A stretch of 40,216 bases of DNA, from positions 205,165-245,380 of the forward strand of contig JAQGDQ010000354.1 in NCBI GenBank assembly GCA_030141605.1, given 5' to 3'. Below the pieces are notes generated by a model that saw only the letters and a program-made list of their open reading frames with translations, did not search any database and was not told the DNA's origin. Positions 23,178-35,129 of this stretch are shown one piece after another. The translations under genes were made by a program, and so were the position numbers. Numbering within the stretch: position 1 is the first letter of the stretch; each line of letters begins with the position of its first letter. The stretch comes from Tubiluchus corallicola. Lineage: Eukaryota; Animalia; Priapulida.

Positions 23178-23435
23178 TGGGGCCGAAATGCGCTGTGCCG
23201 ATTTTCCAAGTTCGCGATGTCAGCAGTTAATTTCTCTGCATTAAACTCGATTAAATTTCTGTGTAGCTGCTGGCGGATTAACAAAGTTTGTAAGAACATT
23301 CGTAGGTTTACGATGGAATTCACAGAGGTTTTGTAAAGCCTAGGAAGATTGCTATATGCGATCGCATCATTACGAAAAAAGCATTTATTCAAAGTTTCTT
23401 GCATGAAAATTCTTACAAACGCGCATCCGGCCCCA
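23178..23435. mobile_element. small TIR element (PIF/Harbinger-like)
   Basis: Ends tggggccgaaatgcgc / gcgcatccggcccca. Confidence 0.5.
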
Positions 23436-23633
23436 GGACGATTTGATATAGAATGTTTTTAGAAATAACATTTCTTCCTTGTCACAGCCCACTTATCGAG
23501 GAAAAGTTGCTCATGCTATGCTTTGAACTTGTAACGAAAATGTAATACGGAATACATGTAATTATTGTCTATTAGGTGAAGAACTCACGAAAAACTTGCT
23601 CGTGCAGGTTAAAGTAAAACTGTAAAATTTGTT

Positions 23634-23770
23634 ATCCCACTTCTGACACCATGTTTTATGTTGATGTACCTGGATTTCTATCTAGTAGAAATAACGAAAT
23701 ACAGTACACCATTACGTGTGTTGCCGAACTACTTTATTTACAATACGTTCTGAAGCATTAATACATAACA
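23634..23770 (-). mobile_element. short LTR (119 bp) plus tRNA-Leu primer-binding site of an LTR retrotransposon
   Basis: Minus strand TGTTATGT...AATAAA...ACATAAAACA (23770-23652) directly followed by TGGTGTCAGAAGTGGGAT (23651-23634), the complement of a tRNA-Leu 3' end including CCA. Confidence 0.8.
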
Positions 23771-23881
23771 TTAACATCATGTAGAAACTACTTCGTTTGC
23801 AGGTGGTACGTTGTTATCCCACTTCTGACACCATGTTTTATGTTGATGTAACATCATGTAGACACTTTACTTCGTTTACAG

Positions 23882-24114
23882 GTGGTACGTTGTTTGAGCA
23901 TCTTCAGCAAAGGGGAAATAATGTTTTAGAGGAAGAGGAATTAATCCGCTTCTTTTCACAGATGGTGTTGGCCATGCAACATGTACATTCCAAACAAATT
24001 CTTCATCGTGACCTGAAAACTCAAAACATTCTGCTGAACAAGAAAAAGAACATCGTGAAATTATCTGATTTCGGCATCTCAAAAGTGCTGAGCAGTAAAA
24101 GCAAAGCGTATACG
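23882..24114 (+). CDS. NEK8: NEK8 exon 3
   Basis: GTLFEHLQQRG...ILHRDLKTQNILL...VKLSDFGISKVLSSKSKAYT with HRD and DFG motifs; donor gtaagt. Confidence 0.98.
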
Positions 24115-24369
24115 GTAAGTGCACTCGTGGTGCCAATGTACATCATTTTTGTATGCACGGTATATAAAGCTTCTCAAGCACCAAATGAACTGTAAAGTAT
24201 TACTGAAACGAAATAGAATAATGCAAAAATGCTTATTCAAACAGTAGATTTTAATATAATTGATAACAAAACATAATAAAATTACTTGATGAACTGCATG
24301 AAAAAACCTCACGTGTTGGTAGGAGTGTGATGGCATAGTAGGCAAGAGCAGAAACACGTGTGTGACTAC

Positions 24370-24745
24370 TAGGGGCGAGCAATCTCTACCAGAAAGCGAA
24401 TTCGAATCAAACTGAACTTCAGTGTTTCGAATTTGAACCGAACTCGAATTGAGATTGAACGATTTTCGAACTAGTTTTCGAACCATCAGTAAAAATTAGT
24501 CTTATAAAGATCATGCATATCACTAGGTTTTGTTCTGCAATAAAACGACTAGTAATTTGCTTAAAGTTGTGCGCAGAAATAACAACTAAATTATGTTAAT
24601 TGCATGATGTTTCAATCGTTTTAATGATCAGGAACATATGTGATTGAAGTGCTGAATTATTCGAATCTATAGTTTTGGATTCAAATCGAGTTCTAACTAA
24701 AAAAACTCGTTCGAATCGAATTCGAGCGTTCGATGCTCTCCCCTA
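24370..24745. mobile_element. hAT-like MITE with TTCGAA-rich subterminal regions
   Basis: Ends taggggcgagcaatc / gatgctctcccccta-like; perfect 8-bp TSD GTGACTAC (24362-24369, 24746-24753). Confidence 0.9.
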
Positions 24746-25716
24746 GTGACTACTCTCGGGCGCGGTCGGTTATGCTCGGCTCTCCGCGCTTGCGTTTGGC
24801 GTTTGGTTGAGTACCGAAATTCTGGTCAAGAGCGGAGACAATTTCAGCTCAATTTTCTGGCCGAAAACCGATTTGTAGGAGTACGGAGACGTTCGAAAAC
24901 GGAGGTATGACTTTAGTCTGAAATCATGGAACTCTGCTTTTGCATGTCAAATGCTGATGGAAAATCACATTTGCGAAAGCATCTAATTTGGGTGTTATGC
25001 TGTCTTGTAGAAATTTTACTATACATAATTTCGTCGATCCAAAAATATGCGCAAAATGCATTTTTCTGAAATGCTATAAGCAGCTATATTGTATAATTAC
25101 ACATGATTGTTATGTACATTTCATTCATGTTCCAAAGTCACTTATTCTAAAGAGAATAATAAATAGATTATTAACAAGTAAGAAAAATAAAGAGAATGAT
25201 AAACAGAAGCTTAATAATTAATAAGAAGACAACCTGTTGGTCAAAGTACTTTTACAAATTTCACTGCTCGAATTCGTAAACTTAATTAAATTATTTAAAT
25301 TCATGTAACTTACATCGTTGTCTCTTCATCAAGATGTAAAATATTATCAAGGTACAAATTTGGTAAAAACTAAAATGCCGTCGTTAACTAACACAATAAC
25401 GATAGAAAAAACATGGCTGTGAACACTGCCATCATTGTTCTCCTGCCTTATCTCTTTCATCCCAACTACTGCTCGTAGAGGGCAGCACCTTCCAATAAAT
25501 AAGTGTCATAATGCATATTGCAATTACACTTATATAAAAATGTTATGATTTTGCTGTGTCATTGTCATATGGTGTGATTTGATAGCATGTATGTCAAATA
25601 AATTCAGTCAAGAATTTGATCACCTTCCGTGTTTTTTTAAGTTTATTTTTAGTGGTTTATAAACTTATCCTTTTTTATTTTTTTTGTTTTATACTGATTT
25701 GAATTTTTCTTTTCAG

Positions 25717-25848
25717 GTTGTTGGAACACCTTGTTACATATCTCCGGAGCTTTGTGAAGGGAAGCCGTACAATCAGAAGAGCGATATCTGGGCTCTTGGC
25801 TGTGTACTGTATGAGCTAGCTACGTTAAAAAGAGCGTTTGAGGCAGCT
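25717..25848 (+). CDS. NEK8: NEK8 exon 4
   Basis: [44 protein letters not shown]; phase 0-0. Confidence 0.98.
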
Positions 25849-25869
25849 GTAAGAAATTTTTGAATTATT

Positions 25870-25925
25870 CAGGGATGAGAATTTCCCGCGGATATGCGGA
25901 ATTCCGAGTTTTTGGAAGACCAGTA
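25870..25925 (+). mobile_element. MITE family B, truncated 5' end
   Basis: cagggatgagaatttcccgcggatatgcggaattccgagtttttggaagaccagta matches the starts of the copies at 28658, 35130 and 38338. Confidence 0.9.
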
Positions 25926-26043
25926 TATATTAATTACATATATTATTAAGTACTTATAATATGTATATATTATTAAGGCTTTGAAACGATTTATTAGTTT
26001 CTTCTCACTGGTTGTTTGTTTATGTTTTTTTTGTGTTTGCTAG

Positions 26044-26249
26044 AATCTACCAGCTTTGGTGTTGAAGATTATGAGAGGCATGGTGTCGCCAGTATCGGAC
26101 GTGTACAGCGATCAACTCAAACAGCTGATTTTGGACATGTTACAACTCGATCCAGACAAGCGGCCCACAATTAATCAACTTATGGCTCATCCTTTAGTCT
26201 TGAATGGCGTACTTGAATTGCATACTGAGTTGGGAAAAATTCCGTGCAG
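26044..26249 (+). CDS. NEK8: NEK8 exon 5
   Basis: NLPALVLKIMRG...LQLDPDKRPTINQLMAHPLV...LHTELGKIPCR; end of the kinase domain. Confidence 0.97.
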
Positions 26250-26345
26250 GTATTTTATGAAAATTAATTTTGTAATTAACCATACACCATTTCGTAACTG
26301 ATAATAAATCATCGTACTTATTAATTTTGGTGGTATCTGGATATA

Positions 26346-26983
26346 CAGTGTTCGTTTATCGCAGACTCGCTGTTTCGCGGGTTTTCAAAAATATTAATGT
26401 AAAATATTTATCGCGGTATTTTCGCTGTTTCGCGGGTTTTTGCGGTACTCCGTCTAAAGTATTTTTGCACGTGCGTAGTACGTATTGTACAGTAATGTAT
26501 AGATTTGATGAATTTTGCATAAAAAATCACAAAATGTGTAAAAATATATTAAAATATTAATTCTAACATTAAAAGAATATTATAATTCATAAAAAATTAC
26601 CATTTACAGTAAATAGTGTATTTATTCGGCGGATGAATACATACCAAAAACGAAATATGGTACTTGCGCCCGCTTGAGATGCTACTTGCCGACGTGAGAT
26701 TGTACACAACACACGTCAAATTTTTAAAATTTCGTATCTAGGTTTAAGAGTTTAAAACATTTTTATGAACATTTAAGTAAAGTTTTTTAAAAGGTACATG
26801 TACAGTATGGGAAAAGTTATTAAGGGAATGGGAAAGGGTTATGTATAAGAGTGTGGGGAGGGTTTATAAAGACTTAAAATAATGTATAACTACTAAAATT
26901 AGTATAGTATCCCTACTTCGTGGAAATTCACTTATCGCGGGTAGGCCTGGAACGGAACAGGTGTGATAAGTGAGGGATCACTG
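26346..26983. mobile_element. Tc1/mariner (pogo/Tigger-like) MITE
   Basis: ta|cagtgttc...gtttatcgc ... gtgataagtgagggatcactg|ta; TA flanks. Confidence 0.7.
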
Positions 26984-27036
26984 TACATATGTAAGATGTG
27001 AGGCTAGAGCTGCGAGGACGGCACCATTTTCCGTGA

Positions 27037-27226
27037 TCTATATATAAAATGAAATGTCCTGATCTAGTGTCGCTTCATAGGTGGCTTATTTTTCAAATCA
27101 GGCCCACTGCGGAAATGGGGGGGGGGGTGAAAAGCCTCGAAAAATGGCTATATTGTTCTGATGTCATTCTGTTGTACTCTGTCTATAATTTTGCTTCAAC
27201 AAAAGCTACTACGGGCATTGCATTAG
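27037..27226 (+). mobile_element. possible short non-autonomous Helitron
   Basis: Starts a|TCTATATATAAAATG, a common non-autonomous Helitron 5' end; ends acgggcattgcattag, an imperfect CTAG-type end. Confidence 0.4.
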
Positions 27227-28657
27227 ATAAATAATTGAGTGCTGTATAGGATGTTTGTGCATTAATGATCATAAGTTGATTTATACTCAAAATGTTTTGT
27301 GGGAGCTTTGCGTTTTGTAATTAATAACACATCGTTAAACAACGGCCAGTGAACGTAAAATCCCATTAATTTCACAATTGCATAATTAAAGCCTCTGTTC
27401 GCTTATTGTTTAATTAATTCAACTCTTCAGTGCGTTCAGTGCATTTGCATTAACGTTCACGGCTTACTATATTAAATGCTGTACTGGATTAATCTGGTGC
27501 CATCTGCAGGTGTTTTTTGGCACTAATTATGCAATAATTGTAAGGATTAGTTTATTAGTTTATAAAATCTTGTCAATTTCATAGATCACTTTGAGACTTT
27601 CTTTAATTGATCTCTCAATAAAATTTGTTTATTTTCTGCTTTGAGAGATTTATTAATCAATGATTTATTAATCAATGATTTAGTCTAAATTAGAATGAAG
27701 AAAATCTAGTGAAGCCAAGTAAATCTAGATTTTGGCACCTGTAATCTACGTCACCTTACCTTTTGTGGTCAGTGTGTATGGATAATGATTATCCTGTTCA
27801 ATAATAATGCATATGCGTAGTCATGTGTTTAGGCCAGCTGACCTCAGTGACTGGATGTAACTTAGAAATAAACTTCTTTATTTTTCTCTAATAGATCACC
27901 TTATATGTTGAGGCATTAAAGGAAGACAGAATGATTTTTCGTATGCTACCCCATTTTCAAGTCGGATAAAAGTATACATTTTAATACAATTAATACTGCA
28001 AAAGTGTTTCTGATAGCAAAATAATAGATTAAAAACTTAATTAACGACGGGCGAGCCGTTATTGAGAATTAACAACTTTTGCTGACATCACAAACGAACA
28101 TAAGTTTCAACAGCAAAAATATTCTACGAGTGTATTGCATGCGTTTGCGAAAGTGGAAATTGAAGTACAGTGCTACTGTAAGATATTCAGTGTGTTGTAC
28201 TAAAACTAGGCAAGTTTTAAGATAAAAATTTAAATTTCAAATTTGCTGTTGTACTCACGCATGAGCTGCCGAATGTGTGCAGTTCATTACAAACTAACGC
28301 ATCTGAACTGAGAGGTACGGCACCTGTTTTTTGTGCAATGCATTTTTGAAATGTATATGCCGCTAGTGGCCCATTTAACTAATGAATGACGAAATTCATG
28401 TAACAGCAAAGAACTAGTGGCTCGAACCTGAAATTGTGTTTGTGTGGTAATAATTCTTTCACGTAAGTTATTTTTGAAGAAATAGTTTGTTTCCTTTCAT
28501 TTTAAAGAACAGATTGTTTTGACTTACAGTTTAAGTTTGGCTCAGGTTTTAGTTTAAGAGTAGTACAGCTGTTTACTTCTTTCCACTTTGAGTGTGAACA
28601 TGGATTTAGATTTCAATAATAAGATTATTGAAAGAGTATTTAATAGAATAAAGCATT

Positions 28658-29159
28658 CAGGGATGAGAATTTTCCGCAGATATGCAGAATTCCGAGTTTT
28701 TGGAAGACCAGTAGTGCCATTTTTGTAAATCGCATAAATTCGTTGAGAAAATTTTTACGGACCCAGTACATTATTTCACAAACTGACCGCTAGTTGGCAG
28801 GCCGTCACTTTGTTTACATCAGGTACATCAGTGTAACCACGTGTATATCTCTATGTATAAAAATATAGAATCAATTGTGTGGAGTTATTTGAGTCAATTG
28901 CAGACAGTTTTTATATATTTTTGCATAGGAGCGGCCAGTACTTAGGCGTTTTTGAGACAATTAGGTATCATGTATCCTTGATAGTTGGGTATTTTAAATT
29001 ATGCATGAAACAAGATAACTGATATTTTAAGTCCACTTAGAGGCTCTCTGTGGTCATAAAATTGCAATTTGTTGCTTTGCCCCCCCATTGAGCCCCCATG
29101 GGGACCCCAAAGCCCAGGCGTGTTTGAGAGTTTTTTGCAATTTGTCATTCTCATCCCTG
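28658..29159 (+). mobile_element. MITE family B, full copy
   Basis: TIR CAGGGATGAGAAT / ATTCTCATCCCTG; flanked by AGCATT on both sides (28652-28657, 29160-29165). Confidence 0.92.
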
Positions 29160-29195
29160 AGCATTACATGAGTTTTGAGTTTAATTATTTTGTAG

Positions 29196-29272
29196 GCATC
29201 GTCCATTGTCCAATGTCTCACCAGCAGTTGGCAAATCTCAGTTATCAAGGACAAGCAGTATGACATCAAGAG
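29196..29272 (+). CDS. NEK8: NEK8 exon 6 (linker)
   Basis: ttttgtag acceptor, AG|gtaggt donor, 77 nt phase 2 to 1, which links exons 5 and 7: HRPLSNVSPAVGKSQLSRTSSMTSR. Confidence 0.82.
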
Positions 29273-29308
29273 GTAGGTGTTCAACAGTTAAAACTTTGAA
29301 AACGCTAA

Positions 29309-30845
29309 AGGAAAGAACAAGTCACTCAACATGTTGGGTTTATTTCACTGTTATTGCTTAAACAAAGAAATTTACAAAAAACTGTCTATAAAGCGTAAAG
29401 TTGATTTATGCCGCCAACATTATAGAAATTTTCCGGCGCGGTGGTGGCCGTCATTCACTTGAAACTGATGACGTAACTGGTGGATTTTGTGGTTTTCCGT
29501 AAACGCGCATTGCATAAATTAATTCAAACGTCTGCAGCTGTGTAGTGTTCATGCAAAACGATGACAAAATTAGCGATCAAATTTCCTGTAAAATCTTATT
29601 ATACTTTTGTCGGAAATCGACACTGCGCTCCTTGTCTTCAATCGGTGAATGACGTCTTTGGTGAAAAAAAATGAACATTAAAAATGGAAGTGCCAATGCG
29701 TGAAATGATCGCGACTTTGAAGTGATTTTACTAATTACACGAGGCGCCTATCACACCTTTACTACTAAATCCTTCTAATAAATTACTAAAGACATTGAAA
29801 TGGCTTTGCCTTTCTTTTAAGTGTTGATAACGTTCTGTCTGTTTTGTTGTTTTGTCTTTTTTATTATTTTGCCTTTTTTATTGAGTAAAATTTACAATTT
29901 ATCAGTTACCGTGTATAGTCGTTAGCGTTAGCTCTTGGAACTTTAAGTTGATTTCCAAAATCAGCAGTGACACTCTTACGAAAAGCCGTGACACTCTTAC
30001 GAAAAGCCGTGACGTGCTTACGAAAAGCCGTGACGTGCTTACGAAAAGCCGTGACGTGCTTACGAAAAGCCGTGACGCTCTTGCGAAAAACCATGACGTG
30101 CTTGCGAAAAACCATGACGTGCTTGCGAAAAACCACGACGCGCTTGCGAAAAGCCATGATGCGCTTGCGAAAAACCATGACGCATTTGCGAAAAACCATG
30201 ACGTGCTTGCGAAAAGCCACGACGCGCTTGCGAAAAGCCGTGATGCGCTTGCGAAAAACCATGACGCACTTGCGAAAAACCATGACGCTGTTAAGAAAAA
30301 CCATGACGCTGTTAAGAAAAGCCATGACGCTTTTACGAAAAGCCATGACGCTCTTACGAAAAGCCATGACGCTCTTACGAAAAGCCGTGACGCTTTTACG
30401 AAAAGCCGTGACACTCTTATGAAAAGCCGTGACACTCTTATGAAAAGCCGTGACACTCTTATGAAAAGCCGTGACACTCTTATGAAAAGCCATGACACTC
30501 TTATGAAAAGCCATGACACTCTTATGAAAAGCCATGACACTCTTATGAAAAGCCATGACACTCTTATGAAAAGCCATGACACTTACCAAAAGCCATGATA
30601 CGAAAAGCCATGACGTGCTAACGAAAAGTCATGATGCTCTTACGAAAAGCCGTGGCGCTCTTACGAAGAGTCACGAAGTCTCCTAGTTATGTCATAATTT
30701 TCAAATAAATGGTGGCAACCACCACACCTGAAAATTTCTGAACATTTCTGTTCAGGAGCAGCATATTTTAAATTTATGATATTTTTCTAAGTTTAAGAGA
30801 TAACAGCAAAATAAACCCAACATACTGAATGACTTGTTCTTTCCT
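29309..30845. mobile_element. Kolobok-like non-autonomous TIR element carrying a minisatellite
   Basis: Imperfect TIR of ~55 bp (aggaaagaacaagtcactca...gttgggtttattt / aaataaacccaac...tgaatgacttgttctttcct); flanks ctaa / ttaa with an AGG terminus. Confidence 0.7.
29966..30680. repeat. 21-bp minisatellite, ~33 copies
   Basis: Unit gtgacactcttacgaaaagcc and variants; the in-frame period explains ORFs 29902-30598. Confidence 0.98.
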
Positions 30846-30971
30846 TTAACTCAGATTAAAGGAAGAAAATGTTCAAGGTACATTTCACAACCATCAGCCG
30901 TATGACCTGTTACGTGGATTCGATTTTGCATTTTTCTGCCTTTAGTTTCATGTAACTGTACGATTTTACAG

Positions 30972-31165
30972 CCGATACTGTTAGTACCAGCGCTGATATT
31001 AGCCACAAACAACAGATATATTCCCAGGTTTATTGCTGGGGTGGTGGAATTACTCTACCTGTACTTCTTCCTCTACCTGGAAATGAGACTCGCATAACAC
31101 AAGTTGCCATTGGGAGGACCCAAAAGGCTGGTGTAACAGAAAGTGGGCGCTTAGTACTATGGGAG
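30972..31165 (+). CDS. NEK8: NEK8 exon 7
   Basis: ...SQVYCWGGGITLPVLLPLPGNETRITQVAIGRTQKAGVTESGRLVLWE; start of the RCC1-like region with the NEK8-type GRTQKAGVT motif. Confidence 0.96.
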
Positions 31166-31197
31166 GTAAGATTTAGTTTAGTATCATTAATATACTA

Positions 31198-32315
31198 GGT
31201 GCATTGTATTGCCAGCATTGTATATTGCACTGCTGCATTGTTTGTTGTATCACCACCATTGTTTTCTGCACTGCTGCATTGCTTGTTGTATCACCAGCAT
31301 TGTTTACTGCACTGCTGCATTGTTTGTTGTATCACTAACATTGTTTACTGCACTGCTGCATTGTTTGCTGTATCACCGGCATTGTTTACTGCACTGTTGC
31401 ATTGTTTGTTGTATCACTAACATTGTATATTGCACTGCTGCATTGTTTGTTGTATCACCAGCATTGTTTTCTGCACTGCTGCATTGTTTGTTGTATTACC
31501 AGCATTGTTTTCTGCACTGCTGCATTGTTTGTTGTATCACCAGGATTGTTTTCTGCACTGCTGCATTGCTTGTTGTATCACCAGCATTGTTTACTGCACT
31601 GCTTCATTGTTTGTTGTATCACCAGCATTGTTTTCTGCACTGCTGCGTTGTTTGTTGTATCATTAACATTGTTTACTGCACTGCTGCATTGTTTGTTGTA
31701 TCACCAGCATTGTTTACTGCACTGCTGCATTGTTTGTTGTTTTACCAGCATTGTTTTCTGCACTGCTGCATTGTTTGTTGTATCACCAGGATTGTTTTCT
31801 GCACTGCTGCATTGCTTGTTGTATCACCAGCATTGTTTACTGCACTGCTTCATTGTTTGTTGTATCACCAGCATTGTTTTCTGCACTGCTGCGTTGTTTG
31901 TTGTATCATTAACATTGTTTACTGCACTGCTGCATTGTTTGTTGTATCACCAGCATTGTTTACTGCACTGCTGCATTGTTTGTTGTTTTACCAGCATTGT
32001 TTTCTGCACTGCTGCATTGTTTGTTGTATCACCAGGATTGTTTTCTGCACTGCTGCATTGCTTGTTGTATCACCAGCATTGTTTACTGCACTGCTTCATT
32101 GTTTGTTGTATCACCAGCATTGTTTTCTGCACTGCTGCGTTGTTTGTTGTATCATTAACATTGTTTACTGCACTGCTGCATTGATTGTTGTATCACCAGC
32201 ATTGTTTACTGCACTGCTGCGTTGTTTGTTGTATCACTAACATTGTTTACTGCACTGCTGCATTGTTTGTTGTATCACCTGCATTGTTTACTGCACTGCT
32301 GCATTGTTTGTTGTC
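31198..32315. repeat. 41-bp minisatellite, ~27 copies, with a 246-bp (6-unit) higher-order period
   Basis: Unit gcattgtttactgcactgctgcattgtttgttgtatcacca; identical ORFs at 31730 and 31976 are 246 bp apart. Confidence 0.98.
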
Positions 32316-32339
32316 TTGCTTATTTATTTTATTCATATA

Positions 32340-34821
32340 CAGGGCCTGCTCTAGGTAGTTTGACACTCTAGGCAAAAAGTATTTTTAGCAGCCTTTCTCA
32401 ACTGCCACCCCCTCTGCACAGCCCCCAAATCACAACTCACAAAATTGGGTTTTTGTTGCACGTAATAAAATATAATTGTACCAGTGTTATTCTTATGCAT
32501 GTGTTGTAGTGCACTAATTAACTGTAGTTAATTACCTATCTACAGTTTGTGTTTCTTTCATTTGAAGTTAAATTTATGGCGCCATTGTATGTCCTTCAAA
32601 ATTTCTGCAATTTTTGATGCATACCATTCATGTACATACTCTTGGCCAGATTTTCACTCAGCCTCTTTGTGAGAAAATTTGAAACACTGACTGAGTCTCA
32701 CTCCTCTTTTTTCACATACATCATTTCACTAGTTTCACACCATTTCACTAGTTTCACTTCATTTCACTAGTTTCACGCCGTTTCTCTAGTTTCACACCAT
32801 TTCACTAGTTTCACTTCATTTCACTAGTTTCACGCCGTTTCTCTAGTTTCACACCATTTCACTAGTTTCACTTCATTTCACTAGTTTCACGCCGTTTCTC
32901 TAGTTTCACTTCATTTCACTAGTTTCACTTCATTTCACTAGTTTCACTTCATTTCACAAGTTTCACTTCATTTCACTAGTTTCACTTCATTTCACAAGTT
33001 TCACTTCATTTCACTAGTTTCACTTCATTTCACAAGTTTCACACCATTTCACTAGTTTCATGCCATTTCACAAGTTTCACTTCATTTCACAAGTTTCACT
33101 TCATTTCACTAGTTTCACGCCATTTCACTAGTTTCACTTCATTTCACTAGTTTCACGCCGTTTCTCTAGTTTCACGCCATTTAACTAGTTTCACTTCATT
33201 TCACAAGTTTCACTTCATTTCACAAGTTTCACTTCATTTCACTAGTTTCACTTCATTTCACTAGTTTCACTTCATTTCACAAGTTTCACTTCATTTCACT
33301 AGTTTCACTTCATTTCACTAGTTTCACTTCATTTCACTAGTTTCACTTCATTTCACTAGTTACACGCCATTTCACTAGTTTCACTTCATTTCACTAGTTT
33401 CACTTCATTTCACTAGTTTCACTTCATTTCACTAGTTTCACTTCATTTCACTAGTTTCACTTCATTTCACAAGTTTCACTTCATTTCACTAGTTTCACGC
33501 CGTTTCTCTAGTTACACGCCGTTTCACTAGTTTCACTTCATTTCACTAGTTTCACTTCATTTCACTAGTTTCACTTCATTTCACAAGTTTCACTTCATTT
33601 CACTAGTTACACGCCATTTCACTAGTTTCACTTCATTTCACTAGTTTCACTTCATTTCACTAGTTTCACGCCATTTCACTAGTTTCACTTCATTTCACAA
33701 GTTTCACTTCATTTCACAAGTTTCACTTCATTTCACTAGTTTCACGCCGTTTCTCTAGTTACACTTCATTTCACTAGTTTCACTTCATTTCACTAGTTTC
33801 ACTTCATTTCACTAGTTTCACTTCATTTCACTAGTTTCACTTCATTTCACTAGTTTCACTTCATTTCACTAGTTTCACTTCATTTCACTAGTTTCACGCC
33901 ATTTCACTAGTTTCACTTCATTTCACAAGTTTCACTTCATTTCACTAGTTTCACGCCATTTCACTAGTTTCGCTTCATTTCACAAGTTTCGCTTCATTTC
34001 ACAAGTTTCACTTCGTTTCACTAGTTTCACTTCATTTCACAAGTTTCACTTCATTTCACAAGTTTTACTTCATTTCAGTAGTTTCACTTCATTTCACTAG
34101 TTTCACTTCATTTCACAAGTTTCACTTCATTTCACTAGTTTTACTTCATTTCAGTAGTTTCACTTCATTTCACTAGTTTCACTTCATTTCACTAGTTACA
34201 CGCCGTTTCAGTAGTTTCACTTCATTTCACTAGTTTCACGCCGTTTCACTAGTTTCACGCCGTTTCACTAGTTTCACGCCGTTTCACTAGTTACATGCCG
34301 TCTCACAAGTTTCATTATTTTCACATCTCTACAACTCTAGTTTGGTTACAAACACTTCATTAGCGAATCTTTTCACTGCTCAGTGTTTGGCAGCTTTTTC
34401 GGCTTCTGAATTCTTATAGATTTATCTGCCATCATTAGATAAATGAAGATCATTACATTCTCTGCTGTCTTATACATGAAATGTAAATTGTCTCCAGAAG
34501 CAACACTCAGTAATATCTGAATACCTTGATGTAATCTTAAGAAACCAGGTAAAGCAAAAGTAGAAAATATTTTGCGGAAGGAAGAGAGCTCCGTGTTTGT
34601 GTCGATGAATCATATATTTTGACGGGAAAATAATGCAAGAAGTTCATTTCATTAAACCGAAGTGTTACACATTTCAGTAATTACATAATCTACTATGTTG
34701 TTGGTTATGCTAAAACTAAGTTTAAACATTTAAAGAATTACTTCTGTAGAACTTGGCTGCCCCCTAAAAATTTGCCACCCTAGGCAACTGCTTAGTTTGC
34801 CTAATGGTAGAGCCGGTCCTG
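32340..34821. mobile_element. hAT-like non-autonomous element carrying a 19-bp minisatellite
   Basis: Ends cagggcctgctcta / tagagccggtcctg; 8-bp flanks ttcatata / ttcgtatc (6 of 8). Confidence 0.7.
32721..34315. repeat. 19-bp minisatellite, ~80 copies
   Basis: Unit tttcactagtttcacttca (9+10 subunits). Confidence 0.99.
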
Positions 34822-34901
34822 TTCGTATCTACAAACCTTTTTTTGTATAGACATTATCGTAGTAATTTAAATATATATATATACATACATTCTACTTCTA
34901 G

Positions 34902-35052
34902 CCTGTGCAGAATCCTGCAGACAATGCAGAGTCTCCGGTTCCTGGAACAGCTACTCATCAAATCAGCTTTGTTCCGAGATTTCTGGAAGGACAATCAGCT
35001 GTTACGATAGCGAAAGTTTCCTGTGGGGATTTATTCATCGCGTGTCTTACAG
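34902..35052 (+). CDS. NEK8: NEK8 exon 8
   Basis: PVQNPAD...FVPRFLEGQSAVTIAKVSCGDLFIACLT; phase 0 to 1. An in-frame alternative start at 34911 is possible. Confidence 0.94.
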
Positions 35053-35129
35053 GTATTAAAGAAAACGAAGTTACCTGGTTTAACTGACTACCCGTTGTAA
35101 ATGCATATAAATATATATGTACATGTAGG

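Noticed and set aside
23634-23651. tRNA gene
   Set aside because: Only the 3' 18 nt with encoded CCA and no cloverleaf; interpreted as a PBS.
29902-30598. Heptad ORFs resembling a coiled-coil protein (e.g. SRDTLTK repeats)
   Set aside because: Open in several frames on both strands because of a stop-poor 21-bp unit; lies within a NEK8 intron and a TIR element.
31199-32240. Cys/His-rich 343-aa ORF resembling a metal-binding protein
   Set aside because: 41-bp minisatellite cycling through frames.
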